A stretch of 64,000 bases of DNA from assembly GCA_043228905.1 (NCBI GenBank), contig JBHGNT010000020.1, positions 372,001 through 436,000 on the forward strand. Reading direction: 5' to 3'. Shown in pieces: positions 49,791 through 61,460 of the stretch. Made by a program: the position numbers and the translations under genes. This DNA is from Azolla caroliniana (lineage: Eukaryota > Plantae > Polypodiophyta). Position 1 is the first letter of the stretch. The number at the start of each line of letters is the position of its first letter. Under the pieces are notes generated by a model. It did no database searches and was not told where the DNA came from. It saw only the letters and a list, made by a program, of their open reading frames with translations.

Positions 49791-51934
49791 TCTCGGTTAT
49801 CGGAACCGAGGGAGTCGCGGTTACGCTCGTGGTTCGGCCTAACCGTCAAAAACTGGACCGAATGGCGGCCGTCCTGGCTCTTGACCCGCGCATAGGCCGA
49901 ACCATTGTCCAGCACCTTGGTCTCCATTCGCGCCGCCGTGATGTACGGCTCTCCCAGTATGACCGGATGCGAAGACGTCTCCTGCACGAAGAAGTGCTGG
50001 TCAATCTCGACGTCGCCGATCTTGACTCGCACATTCGGACAGGCCCCGTGCAGTTCCTCGGTGGCGCGCGTTGCTGCCCTTATTTTCCACCCGTGCTTGG
50101 TGTTGATCGGCCATTTGCCCTTCTTATAGAAGTCCATGGACATCAAATTGATCTCCGATCCGTGGTCCACCAAAGCTATCACCGGTTCCTGGACATCGCC
50201 GATCTTCACCGGGGTTTCCGTGGTCGCTCGGGCCCAGTGCGGTCTCGAATAGTGGCTTTCCGCCCACTCGTCTCCCAGCGCCATGTCGTCTAGGTGCGTC
50301 GTCCGCACTTCCACCGGTCTTTCCGGTTCTGTCTCCGTTGACAGCCTCTTCCGTTTCACCAAGTCCACGATGGAGTCGTGGAACTCCTTCTTGGCGATTC
50401 CAAGCACCTCCCGTAGCGACAGCTCCACCTTGCTGTCGAGGATCCGTTCCTCCAGGACCTTTCGTAAGTCCGTGGTTCTTTCTATCTCCGTCCCCAGACG
50501 GTACCCGCCCTTCTGGGGTTTATCTTGCGTACCGGCCCTGCCGGCTTCGTCCCGTCGTGGCCCGGACCGGGTCTCGTATCGTTGTGAGGGCCCGGTCGTC
50601 CCGGGTTTTCCCACCCGCTTCTCTTCTACCAGAGCCTCGTAGTTCCGGCAAGCGGCTTCCACGAAGCCCGTCCTTTCCTCGACCGGGTCGCTCCACCCGG
50701 TCATCTCCCGTACCCGTTTCTCCGCACGGTCCGATTCCTCCCTTTTAAGCCCTGCACCGGCAAGGCCTTCCAGCATCGTCGGCCAGAATCCGGCTTTGCT
50801 TTCCTTTCGGGCCTCGCCGCCCCCGACTCGAATGCCGGCCGACGCCGAGTAGTGGACGGTTTCCGCGTGTCGGGCCGCCGCCTCTTCCATCAACCTTTTC
50901 ATACCACCCTTTCCGTCGTTTCGGCTCAGGGCCCTTCGGGTGTCGCTGGCATGCACCCGTCCTTCCCACAGGTACACCACCCGGTCCCTCAGCGCCTCCG
51001 CGAAGTCGCCGCAGTCCTTCCGAACGTGGCCGACTTCATCGCACCACATGCACCTGTTTCCTGCCGCCGGCCGTCGGTCACGAGCCGGTTCGCCTCCTTC
51101 CCTTCGGGCCTGCGCGATTTGGAGGTCCTTTATCGCCTTCGTCAATTCCTCCAGCGCCGCTCCTCCGGTTGAGCCTCTGACTACGCCGGTCGAAGCCGAA
51201 CCGGTTTCCAACCACTCCCGGGTCTCTTCCTTGCGCACCTGTGGCGCTGGTTCGAGCTTCCTTGCTGCGACCGAGCCCGACCCAGTCGCCCCGTTATCCG
51301 CCCATTCTCGCCGTTTGTCGAAACGGCCACAGACCTTCCTGACAGCCGCCCAGTCGGTAGTGAGCCCGTCTTCGGTTTCCAGCAAGAGGCCCACTTGCTC
51401 CCGATCCCGCTCGTCGACCGACTTGACAAACAGCAAGACCCGGCTCGTGTCCAGGATGGTTCGGTCGAGCGCCGAAAGGCGCGCAAAGTTTTCCTCGAAC
51501 TCCCGGAGGAGTGCCGACGCGTTTCTTCCCTTCCCCGGGGACTCCACCCATTCCATGAACCTTCGCTTCGAAAGCCGGAGCGCGTCGTCCAGCCCGTATT
51601 TCTCTAGGAGCCGACCTTCGAACTCCTCCCAGGTACGGCTCTCCGCCCGCACCTCGAGCACCTCCGCATGGATGCTCGGCATTGCCACTCGGGGAAAACC
51701 GGCAAGACGCCTTTCTTCCGGAATGTCCCGCATCAACATTTCTGCACCGTAGGACGCCAGATACTTCGTGGCATCCCTCCCATCGAACCGGCCGATCGTG
51801 CCGACGACCGCCTCAATAGCTCTGTCGAGGGCACCGGTACCCTCGCGCGCGTTTACGATCCGATCCACGGCCGAAGCCATGGCCTCTGCGAGATCCGACC
51901 CCCTCATCTTCTGCTCTTCTGCCGCCTCTTTCAC
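49781..51934 (-). CDS. gag: Gypsy D2 Gag-protease ORF (intact)
   Basis: 717 codons; CMWCDEVGHVRKDC zinc knuckle; ALVDHGSEIN aspartic protease motif; ends EDF*. Confidence 0.9.
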   Translation of the reverse strand: MKEAAEEQKMRGSDLAEAMASAVDRIVNAREGTGALDRAIEAVVGTIGRFDGRDATKYLASYGAEMLMRDIPEERRLAGFPRVAMPSIHAEVLEVRAESRTWEEFEGRLLEKYGLDDALRLSKRRFMEWVESPGKGRNASALLREFEENFARLSALDRTILDTSRVLLFVKSVDERDREQVGLLLETEDGLTTDWAAVRKVCGRFDKRREWADNGATGSGSVAARKLEPAPQVRKEETREWLETGSASTGVVRGSTGGAALEELTKAIKDLQIAQARREGGEPARDRRPAAGNRCMWCDEVGHVRKDCGDFAEALRDRVVYLWEGRVHASDTRRALSRNDGKGGMKRLMEEAAARHAETVHYSASAGIRVGGGEARKESKAGFWPTMLEGLAGAGLKREESDRAEKRVREMTGWSDPVEERTGFVEAACRNYEALVEEKRVGKPGTTGPSQRYETRSGPRRDEAGRAGTQDKPQKGGYRLGTEIERTTDLRKVLEERILDSKVELSLREVLGIAKKEFHDSIVDLVKRKRLSTETEPERPVEVRTTHLDDMALGDEWAESHYSRPHWARATTETPVKIGDVQEPVIALVDHGSEINLMSMDFYKKGKWPINTKHGWKIRAATRATEELHGACPNVRVKIGDVEIDQHFFVQETSSHPVILGEPYITAARMETKVLDNGSAYARVKSQDGRHSVQFLTVRPNHERNRDSLGSDNREDF

Positions 51935-54120
51935 GTCGGGTTCACCAAAGATGTCGAGATATTACGCAAGTGCGTGTGGAATAGAGGCGGGACCGCGGGG
52001 GTCTCGAACCAAAGAGCAAGCGAGGGAGGAGAAAGAGAGAGAACCGGCTACGCAGGACCGGGGATACACAGGGACACGGCCCTTCAGCACGGAGAACGCG
52101 AACAGACACCGACACAGACGGATGCGAATGACTAAATATGTGTATTAACAAAATGGCTAACACGACTACAACCCCCGATGGGGCACAGGTTGGTTGCAAC
52201 CGAACAGGCCGGCGAACAGATGCCGATGCCTGTTCGCTTCGACGCACAAACGGGGAAATGGGGGGGGGGTAGCAGGTCGGAGGTGCTGCCGGAAGCACTC
52301 GGGCGTTCCTCGAAACAGCGCGAGCCTCCCCGGAACCCTGCACAGAAAGCTTTGGAGCTCAAGAAGGAAGGAAACAGAGAGAGCGAAGCGTCCAGAAACG
52401 GTCCGACAGCACTTCGTCCTCTCCGCGCCAGATCCCTGCAACAGCTCTTTCCCGCTCCTTATATAGGCCGACGAACAGGCCGTCGTGTCAGCTTTATTCC
52501 CTGTCCCTTTTGGACAGGGATCCGCTCCGTTTTTCACGGATCCGCGTAGTTACGCCGCCGACTCGTACAGTTCGCGCGCGCGACCGAAAAGACTGTTCGC
52601 GCGGTCTTTGTCTCCACTTGAGTTAGGGCCCGTTCCTGCCGATTATCCTCTCAATTCGTTTCTATGTACAACTCGGAGCGTGCGCGCGTGAAGAACCGGT
52701 TCCCACGCCTTGGTGCGCCGATTCCGCCTATGGACGGTTTTCTTCACGACAACGTCCTCTCTCTCTAGAACCTCGAGGAATGTGAAGACTCATTAGTCAT
52801 GGGGAATATGGAACTCATTAGTTATGTGTCATTTGAATATGATTCTATGACGCATAGTTAATGTGTAGAGAATGGTGTGACTCTTGACCTTTGAGTGTTC
52901 ATAGATTCTCAAAGGGTGTGTTCACACACAATGTTAGGTTGAGCTCGATTCTCAACAATTGTGTTATTTTCTTTGTTCTTTTTCTTATCGTGTTCTATCA
53001 TTCTATCTTGTTCTCAATTGTGATCCTGCAATTAGGGTAAGATAGGTAAACGACTCGAGAGTGCATGACAATTACCACTCTCTCACACACTCTTGCCCAA
53101 CTCGCCATCAATAGGGTATATGAAGGTTCAGACTCCTCAACTAAAGATATCAATGTGGAGGCAAAACTTTGGTAGTACAAAGATGTGCACTCGGTGTGAA
53201 CACCATGAGTCGACACAAATAGACATATTATTACATACATACTATCTAAAAGACACAACGATTACTCACATTGCACGTAGGGGTGCATAAATATAATTGA
53301 TCCTACATAGAGAGTGTGTATTTACAAATGTACCCTTTCAATTCAAGACAAGAAGCTCAAATTAAATGAGCAAGAACAAGGTTCAACTCATTTGCTAACT
53401 CTTGCAACCCTTCATGGACAACACCATTGAAGGCATCGTCTTTGGTTAAGGTTTCCGGTGGTCCTGCTCTACATTTCTATGACGATGTGTCCCCATTGTA
53501 AACTCTTCCTCTTAAAGTAATGTTGAGAACTTCAATTGTATGCTTCAAGGCGAAATGATTTTTAAAGTTCAGATTTTGGTCTCATTTCATATCTCATATT
53601 GGTCATGTAAAATTGTTGAGGCATCAACACCTTCCTGTGATAAATCATCATCATCATTTAATCCATTATCTCCACAAGTACGTACAAGGGGTTGACATTT
53701 TGCCTTTTCCACTATGATTGGAGTCATTGTGACGAGTTGGATTGAAACATGGTAGACATCTTGAACGCGTCCACAACATGTAATATGTCCCATCAAGCTT
53801 TCCTCCAACAATATTGGTGTTCATGGCATTGCTTAGGTAGGACTCCTAACTTCCAACACCACTTGTCTGAAGTCATCTATGCCACTTTACCAAACATTAA
53901 AAAACCGTGATGAATTGTTACTCCCTTTACTTCAACTTAAATTTCCTTCACAACTCTTGTAGGAAACATGCATAATAAATAATACATAGGCACATATTTG
54001 ACACAAAGAACACAATAGAAAATATATACATTTATATTATGTCATCAAAACACAAAAGCACGATTACCACACATGGTTCTATACAACGAAGCTCTAGCTC
54101 ATGTGCTCCTAATGGGCCTT

Positions 54121-54233
54121 ATATAAAGGCAAATGTAAATACATTCTTAATGGCGAAGAGAAGAACCAACCCTAAATATATAAATGCAAATGTAAATACA
54201 TTCTTAGTGGCGAAGAGAAGAACCAACCCTAAA
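54121..54233. repeat. Two-copy ~58-bp tandem repeat
   Basis: gcaaatgtaaatacattctta(a/g)tggcgaagagaagaaccaaccctaaat occurs twice. Confidence 0.85.
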
Positions 54234-57200
54234 TTTCTCTCCAAGGTTCCCTTTAATACAATAGGTTGATTAGTCCTAAGTTCTAACAAGCATTTCATAT
54301 CACACACTTTGTTGACTACATAAGTATTTAACATTTAATTAAAGAGAAAAAAAGAAATGAAATACTCCTTGGCCAACAAGCTACATGAATAATTTTCATC
54401 CAAATATATAAGGAAACAATGGGCATTCATAAGGACAATAATGGTATATATTCATATATTATGTCCCTTTAACTGACCATAATCATCATAATTGTTATGG
54501 ATTAATATATTTAAATTTGAGAACCCAAAAGATAAATATCCACTACACAAAACAAATAAGAATTGTCGAAAGCACGAATTCCTCTAAAAATCAACGCATT
54601 TTGATAGCGATAGAAAACGTAAAGTAAAACAATCCTCGAGGGTTGAAAGAAATACTATTCTCGATGCATGTTGTTACTAATAATAGTTTGTGTAAATCCG
54701 AGATACATGTTTTTTTTTTCTTGTCATGCATACTTAATGCTCGCTTTTGCTGATGTTCTTGCATTATTGTTTAACATGTCTTAAAGACGTTAACTTGCTA
54801 CCCATGACATAGGCTTTCTTTTAATATCATACTATATGGAACATGAAATAGAGCATAGTTGAAAAATAGCAAAACACATGAATTGATAAAAACTTAAAGG
54901 AGGAAAATGAGATGAGATGGAAAGGCTAGTTCTACCAAAAACATGAACAATAATATAGGGAGAAAGAAGAGCCACATTTATGTCGATAGAAAGCATTGTA
55001 GTGTCAAAACGTGATTGTGGAACTCATTGTGGGAATCAAAACATGGTACACCAATTTGATCTCATAAGCATATGTGAACATTAGATAAGACCCAAATTAA
55101 GATTGTAAATTATTATAGTGTGTAGTTTTGATGCATATATGTAATAATAATGAATCTACGATTCCATAAAAAGTTAATATCTAGGCATCAAGTATTTATG
55201 AGGCATAGGCATACAAAGTTATTTTGGTATTGCTTACCCCTCACAATAGGTAACCAATTTCTGACTTGTTGGGTGACACTAACCTTTGAATGTTTGGCAC
55301 TTATGTTTCTTCTTAATAGTTGGGGTGTGAGCGAATACGTTATCCAAAGCTCAGTATCCTTTAGTAACATTGCTCGTTGGAGAGCTCAAAAGCATTTTCT
55401 TATCGGTTTCATATTTGTGTTGAGAACACAATATGTTTCCTCGGAGCATGGATCTCCAATATCAATGAGATGTCCAATGAAGAGCCTCTTCATTATGTTT
55501 GCTTGAGAATAATTCATAATTTTCATTCTCATTGATAACGTGTTTATCTTCCAACACTATCATGAATCCATCTATATGAACACATGTAGCAACAATCTCC
55601 TTATGTTCTTCCTCTTGCGAAATGATCTCTCGAGTGACATATTGTTTTATTTCTCCCTTGTCTTTAACTCTTTACAAATTAGGTGACATCAAAGTTTCTC
55701 TACCTAACATCTTTTACCCTCACAAAGTCTATATGTACTACTAATCACAACATAAATCATAGGTTTTCAAATAGAGATCTATTTTCTTTGTCATACCATC
55801 ATAAGATAAGTTTCCTTTTCAAAACATGTCATATACATACATTCAACTTGTATATGACATTGTCCATGGTTCACATGCGACGTGTATGAAGTATTTTATT
55901 ACGATGGATTAATTTAAAACTTGTACCCACCCCAAATGGCAATGTTGAGAAGTACATAAAAATTATGGATATGATTGTTTCTTCATATAGCATTGTAATA
56001 TAAAGTTTTCTAGTTATTAGAGCATTTACATGCATGCATTTAAAGAGAGTGATAGATTTCATCACTTTCATGGTTTCGTTCCCTACAGAAATATTTTCCT
56101 TTGAATAGATAAAACTAAAAAGGTGAAGGAGAAGCATGTAATATAACCAACAACTAGTTGTGCCTCAAACATGTGATTTTTCTTTGCAACCTTGTTACAA
56201 GATGGATTTGACACACATGCCTTAGGAAGATTTGGAGCACATCGTGGCAAACTTTGATTGTATGTTTAATTAAAATTAGAAGTGGTAGAAACCCTAGTTT
56301 GAGACAAAGACTCAATCTCGGCAATTTGCATTGAAAGCCTCACTATATTTGGCTAAGCTACTAGTATGGTGTCTGACAACCATGGTTTTATTAAGGTTGG
56401 ATTTACATTCATCTATTGGCACATCCATCAATAGAAATGGGAGAAAAAAAATGCAATACGTAAATGGAAAAAACAAGAAACAAATAGGAATCAACAATAG
56501 TTCAGTTTGATCTAAACTAAACTACAAAATAACAACTTAATGGCTTAAACCTTCAATACATGTTTAGAAATATGTAAATGATTTGATTTGACTTTGGGGT
56601 TTAAGGGTTCAGTTTGAGGCTTTGTCAACTTAACAGTTTCTGGCTTATCTGGCTTCAAACCACAATTTAAATAGGTTAATAGTTTTGGGGGACATTTTTG
56701 TATTATCTATTAAATATATGAATTAGTTTTATAAACAATGTTGTAATGCATATAAACATGTATTATGAAGTTTCAACTTCTTCCCTAACAAATTTATGCT
56801 AAGTTTTAAAAGAAAATAACTCTTTCTTGAAAGATTGAGTGTACAACTAGCAAATTAAGTAAGAGCCACGAAACCGCAACTTATTGGCTTAACAATTTGT
56901 AGATTGCTTGAATCAATTTGGTTTGAGCTTGAAAACTCCTCAAACAATTTGACTGGAGCAATTTCAGTTTAAAGATTCGCCGGTTTAGTTTAGTTCGGTT
57001 TAAAGTTTCAAAATTTTCAAATTCTTTGAGTCTAGAGACCTCGAAACCGAACCAAACCAAACCATTGTAGATGATAAGAATCGAACTCATTTTGGGCACA
57101 CAAGCATTGTTTGCCTGCGACCGCTACGACCTCTCTCGGCACAAAATGCATTGACAGTATATAACCCACAACAAAAGACTCAAATCCTTGAGCTCATATG

Positions 57201-57423
57201 CGCCCATTGAGGCATCTGTTAGATAGCAAACCATTTTGGATACGGGTTGTGATGCGAATGAGTGCTTGATTATCTCCCTTCTAAAAAGGCTATTTGTGCA
57301 ATTTACCATGTTGTAGACCATGATGGGGGATTCGGCATGTGGGTGAAATGAACCTTAAGGAAGGGACAATCATCATCGTTTCACACACTATCCACAATTG
57401 TTCCGTGTTGGAAATGTGATGGG

Positions 57424-57641
57424 GGTGTATGAATGTAATGTAATGAAATGTTTTGATTTTGAGAATTATAGGGGTATGAATGTAATGTAATGTAATGAAA
57501 TGCTTTGATTTTGAGGATTATAGGGGGTATGAATGTAATGAAATGTTTTGATTTTGAGGATTATAAGGGTATGAAATGTAATGTAATGCAATGAAATGTT
57601 TTGATTTTGAGGATTATAGGGGTATGAAATGTAATGTAATG
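57424..57641. repeat. Minisatellite (~47-58 bp, 4 copies) upstream of the IQD gene
   Basis: ggggtatgaatgtaatgtaatgaaatgttttgattttgaggattata repeated. Confidence 0.88.
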
Positions 57642-57947
57642 CATCAAGAGTTGGCCATCATGGATCTCATGTAGCATATGTATACAAACTTTTTAGATCT
57701 CTTGGAGAAGGACAGAAGTTATATTATTAGCTCTCATCAATTCATGTCCTCTCTCTCTCCCACACATTTGCATGTGAAATTGTTGTGCATGGAGCTAAAG
57801 AATTTGATGGAAACAAGTTAAACCCTTAAATTGTAGATTTGATTGGGACCTTCTTTTTCTCTTGTTGCAGTGTTTTCTTCTATTCTTTTGAGTGTGTTTC
57901 TCAAATTACCCACAAAAAATGAGGTGAATTTTTTTTTTGCCATTTTG

Positions 57948-60900
57948 ATGGGCACATCGAAGGATTGGATTCTCACAAAAGCACCGCAATACGAGGTAAT
58001 TGGTTTTAGTTTATGTTTTTTCACATCGATTTCTCCATTGATTCTTTTCATGTTTATTCACATCGATTTCTCCATTGATTCTTTTCATGCTTATTCAGAT
58101 CGATTTCTCCATTAATTTTTTAATTTCCTGTCTTTTGCTTGTTTTTCACATGGATTTCTCCATTGATATCTTGTCTTGTTTCTTCATATGAATTTCTCTG
58201 TTTTTTGTTCGCTTGTTTCACATGAAATTTGTCCATTAAATTTTTGCATGAATTTCTCCATTACATGTTTTTTCTGATCTGTTTCTCCATCGATTTTTTA
58301 CATGCCTTTTGGTTGTTTTTTCGCATGGATTTCTCGCTTCTCATTTCTTTTTCTTGTTTCATGGCATGAAATGATTTATTTCACTAGGGTTTTACAAACT
58401 TTTGATGATGATTTTTTGAGAAGGATTCAGTTTTTAGCAGAGTCTTATTTTGTTCTACTGTTTTACAGATTTAGCGTTTGGTGAAGCTTAGCAAGATTTG
58501 TTTGCATTTTTCTTTTATCTGGTCTTTACATAGATTTCTCCACTGTTATCGATATAATCCTGAAAGCCTTAGAAGGATTGTCAATTCTATAAATAAAACA
58601 TTGGCGTTTGTTGAAGCATTTGCATCTCTGGTTTTTCGTTTCCTTCACATGTAATTTCTCCATTGATTTCTTCTACAATCCTGCATGTTTAAACTGTATT
58701 ATAGCAGCTTTAGCTATTGTTGAAATTTTATAAAACATTGGCTTTTGTTGACATTGATTTCTTCACATCGAATTTCTCCATTGATCCCTACAATCCTGCA
58801 TGTTTAAACTGTATTATAGCAGCTTTAACTGCTGTTGAAATTTTACAGTTTCCTTTTATTGTTTTTGGTTTGTTTTGATTGAATCATACTGATTTCTGTA
58901 TGATCCTGCCTATATATTATCATGTAAATTATCCTGCATATATATTATAATCATGTAAATAATGTATTAACAAACTTAAATCTGTCTGGGGATTTTTGCT
59001 GGTGCAAGAAGGATTTGAGCCATGGATCGAACCTCGACACGAAGAAAAAGCAGCGCAACTGGAAGGTTTTATGGAAATGTTGTCACTTGATATCTGATGA
59101 CAAATCAAGTGTTTGTGGTGAAGAAGAGGTGGAGAAGGAGAATGAGAAGGAGGAGGAATATGCAGGAAAGAAAGATTATACTTCAAACATGATGGAAGCT
59201 ACCATTGCAATAGTACCAGGAATTACTGAATCTGAGCCATATCCAGCAGCTGAAGAGATGGCTGCCATCCGGATCCAAACTGCATTCCGAGGATTCTTGG
59301 TTTAGTACCATAATCTGTTTTAACCCTATTTCTATGTATGTGTGTATGTGGTATGTGGTATGTGTATGTGGTATGTGTATGTGTATGTGGTATGTGCTTG
59401 TGTATGTGTATGTGCATATGAATATGCATGGCTTTGTTTGTATTGTACACATATGTGGGTCATTTGTGCATGTATGAATACATGCACACATGCATCTGCA
59501 GCATTCTCTCTCTCATGTGTTGCCATGTTTATCTGATATGTATGTATGTGTATGTGCTTGTGTATGTGTATGTGTATGTGTATATGAATATGCATGGCTT
59601 TGTTTGTATTGTACACATATGTGTGTCATTTTGTGCAAGTATGAATGCATGCACACATGCATATGCAGCATTCTCTCTCATGTTTTGTCATGTTAATCTG
59701 ATGTATGTATGTGTTTCATGTGTGCCATGTATGAATGCATGCACACATGCATTTGCAGCATTCTCTCTCTCATGTTTTGTCATGTTAATCTGATGTATGT
59801 ATGTGTTTCATGTGTGCCATGTATGAATGCATGCACACATGCATTTGCGGAATTCTCTCTCTCATGTTTTGCCATGTTAATCTGATGTGTATGTGTATGT
59901 GCTTGGCTTTTGTTTGTATGTATGTGTGTTATGTATGCATGTACGAATGCATGCACATGTATATATGCATTTGCACATACATGTATATTATATGCATTTG
60001 CAGCATTCTCTCTCTCTCCATGTTTTGCCATGTTAAATCTGTGTATATTTGCTATTGGTGGTTTTTTTACAGGCGAGAAGAGCTCTTTCGGTCTTGAGAA
60101 GCCTCATGCGGCTTCATCAAGAAGCAATGGACACGAAGAGAGGGCCGAGATTCCAGAGACAATCGAACGAGAGCTTGCTTCGATCCGTGCAACCTTTCGT
60201 GCGAATGCAAGCTCGGATCCATACCCACCGAGCTCTCAAAAAGAAAGAAGAAGAAGGCCACCCGATACAACTTCCCAAGAGCTTATGCCATACCATTGAA
60301 TCTCGACCAGCCGACACTGAGGTGCACATAACAAAAAAAAAACACTCATTTATTTTAATGACAATCTACAGTCTGGAATGGCCCGTAGATCTTGTTGATA
60401 TATGTTTTTATTAACAATAATCTTAATCCACTAACCCAAACATGAAGTTCCATCCCCTTTTGTTTTGTAACCAAATTATTGCTTTATTGAATGAACAAAA
60501 ACACTCATTTATTTAATGACAATCTAAACGCCGGAAAGGCCTGTAGATCTTGTTGATATGTGGTTTTAATAACGATAATCTTATTAATCCGCTAAACCCA
60601 AACATGAAGAAACCGAATTGCTTTATTGAATGAACAAAAGGAAACCCTCATTTATTTAATGACAATCTTTGTCGGAAAGGCCCGTTGATCTTGTTGATAT
60701 GTGGTTTTATTAACAATAATCTTAATCCGCTAAAAACCCAAACATGAAGTTCCATCCTCTTTTGTTTCGTAACCAAATTATTGCTTTATTGAATGAGCAA
60801 AACACTCATTTATTTTAAGGACAATCTAAATGCCGGAAAGGCCTGTAGATCTTGTTGATATATGGTTTTATTAATGATAATCTTATTAATCTGCTAAACC

Positions 60901-61460
60901 CAAACATGAAGTTCCATCCTCTTTTGTTTCGTAACTGAATTCTTGCTTTATTGAATGAACAAAAAAGACCAAATGTGGTAATGGCAGGGGTGGTGCGATA
61001 GCATAGGAACGATGGAAGAGATTGAAGCGAAGGCACAACGAAGACAAGAGGCAGCGATTAAGCGAGAGCGGGCAATGGCATATGCTTTCTCTAATCAAGT
61101 AAAAAAAAAACATTGTGCTATATTTTGAATCTCCTTTTTTTTAAACATTGTATGTTTCCATTTTGTTGATCATAATATTGTTGGGAGTCTTTGCCGACGG
61201 AAAAAAACCCAAAAAAATGTTTCCATTTGCAGTGGAGAGTGAATGCAAAGCTAGATGGAAGGTCATTGCTTTACTATGAGCTTGGTAACTCAACATGGAG
61301 TTGGATATGGTTAGATCATTGGATTAGTGACTCTTCACCACCTAGTATGGATACTAATCCTCATCAATCCAAGAAAGGTGAAGAAAACAATGCAAAACAT
61401 GGTGGTATCACCCTCGAAGGACCTCCGTCTTGGAGGACCAAAAGAAGAATGTTACATTAG
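57948..61460 (+). CDS. IQD: IQ67-domain (IQD) calmodulin/microtubule-binding protein; 5 exons, ~308 aa
   Basis: Exons 57948-57995, 59009-59299, 60073-60321, 60988-61098 and 61233-61460 (927 nt, all phase 0). MGTSKDW start; AAIRIQTAFRGFL|ARRAL with the family-typical phase-0 intron; GWCDS..EEIEAK..RQEAAIKRERAMAYAFS; WSWIWLDHW. Confidence 0.85.
59335..60040. repeat. (TATG/ATGC)-based micro/minisatellite filling IQD intron 2
   Basis: Repeated atgaatgcatgcacacatgcatttgcagcattctctctcatgttttgtcatgttaatctgatgtatg units. Confidence 0.9.
60338..60962. repeat. Four ~140-160-bp tandem repeats filling IQD intron 3
   Basis: aacactcatttattttaatgacaatct...gtagatcttgttgatat...cccaaacatgaag...ttgctttattgaatgaac starting at ~60338, 60498, 60640 and 60799. 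Confidence 0.9.

Larger units (their letters stand above)
45422..52751 (-). mobile_element. Gypsy D copy 2 (inserted in the Copia A 5' LTR)
   Basis: 800-bp LTRs 45422-46221 and 51952-52751 appear identical. TSD acgt; PBS-Trp 51930-51947. Confidence 0.95.
22267..52957 (-). mobile_element. Copia A: old Ty1/Copia LTR retrotransposon (outer element of the nest)
   Basis: 3' LTR 22267-22728; 5' LTR 45163-52957 (split by Gypsy D2). PBS-Met tggtatcagagc at 45151-45162; TSD gttgt/attgt. Decayed gag (~44250-45060), PR WFIDS (~44190), INT (43017-43870), RT (41874-42420, LYVDD) and RNase H (22729-23129). Confidence 0.9.
21481..53087 (+). mobile_element. Possible old LTR (~0.9 kb once the insert is removed) that hosts the whole nest
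   Basis: TGTGAGAG at 21481 follows a purine tract (aaggggagca); CTCTCACA ends at 53087 (8-bp inverted termini); TATA-like tataaaag at ~21873. No TSD. Confidence 0.3.

Noticed and set aside
29356-52751. Many long antisense or overlapping ORFs in Gypsy D and its LTRs (e.g. 258, 270 and 311 aa)
   Set aside because: These are shadow ORFs expected in GC-rich coding DNA, with no recognisable motifs.
29356-52751. D1/D2 as a segmental duplication or misassembly
   Set aside because: Identity stops exactly at the LTR termini, the TSDs differ, and each copy has private SNPs.
53300-57120. Possible decayed DNA transposon/MITE sequence (also 6200-6900, 21090-21360 and 61900-64000)
   Set aside because: It looks like eroded repeats, but I could not recover a diagnostic motif, TIR pair or TSD by eye.
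59022-59090. Out-of-frame ATG suggesting a frameshifted IQD pseudogene
   Set aside because: An upstream exon (57948-57995, MGTSKDW...) splices in phase 0 to 59009 and gives a fully open gene.
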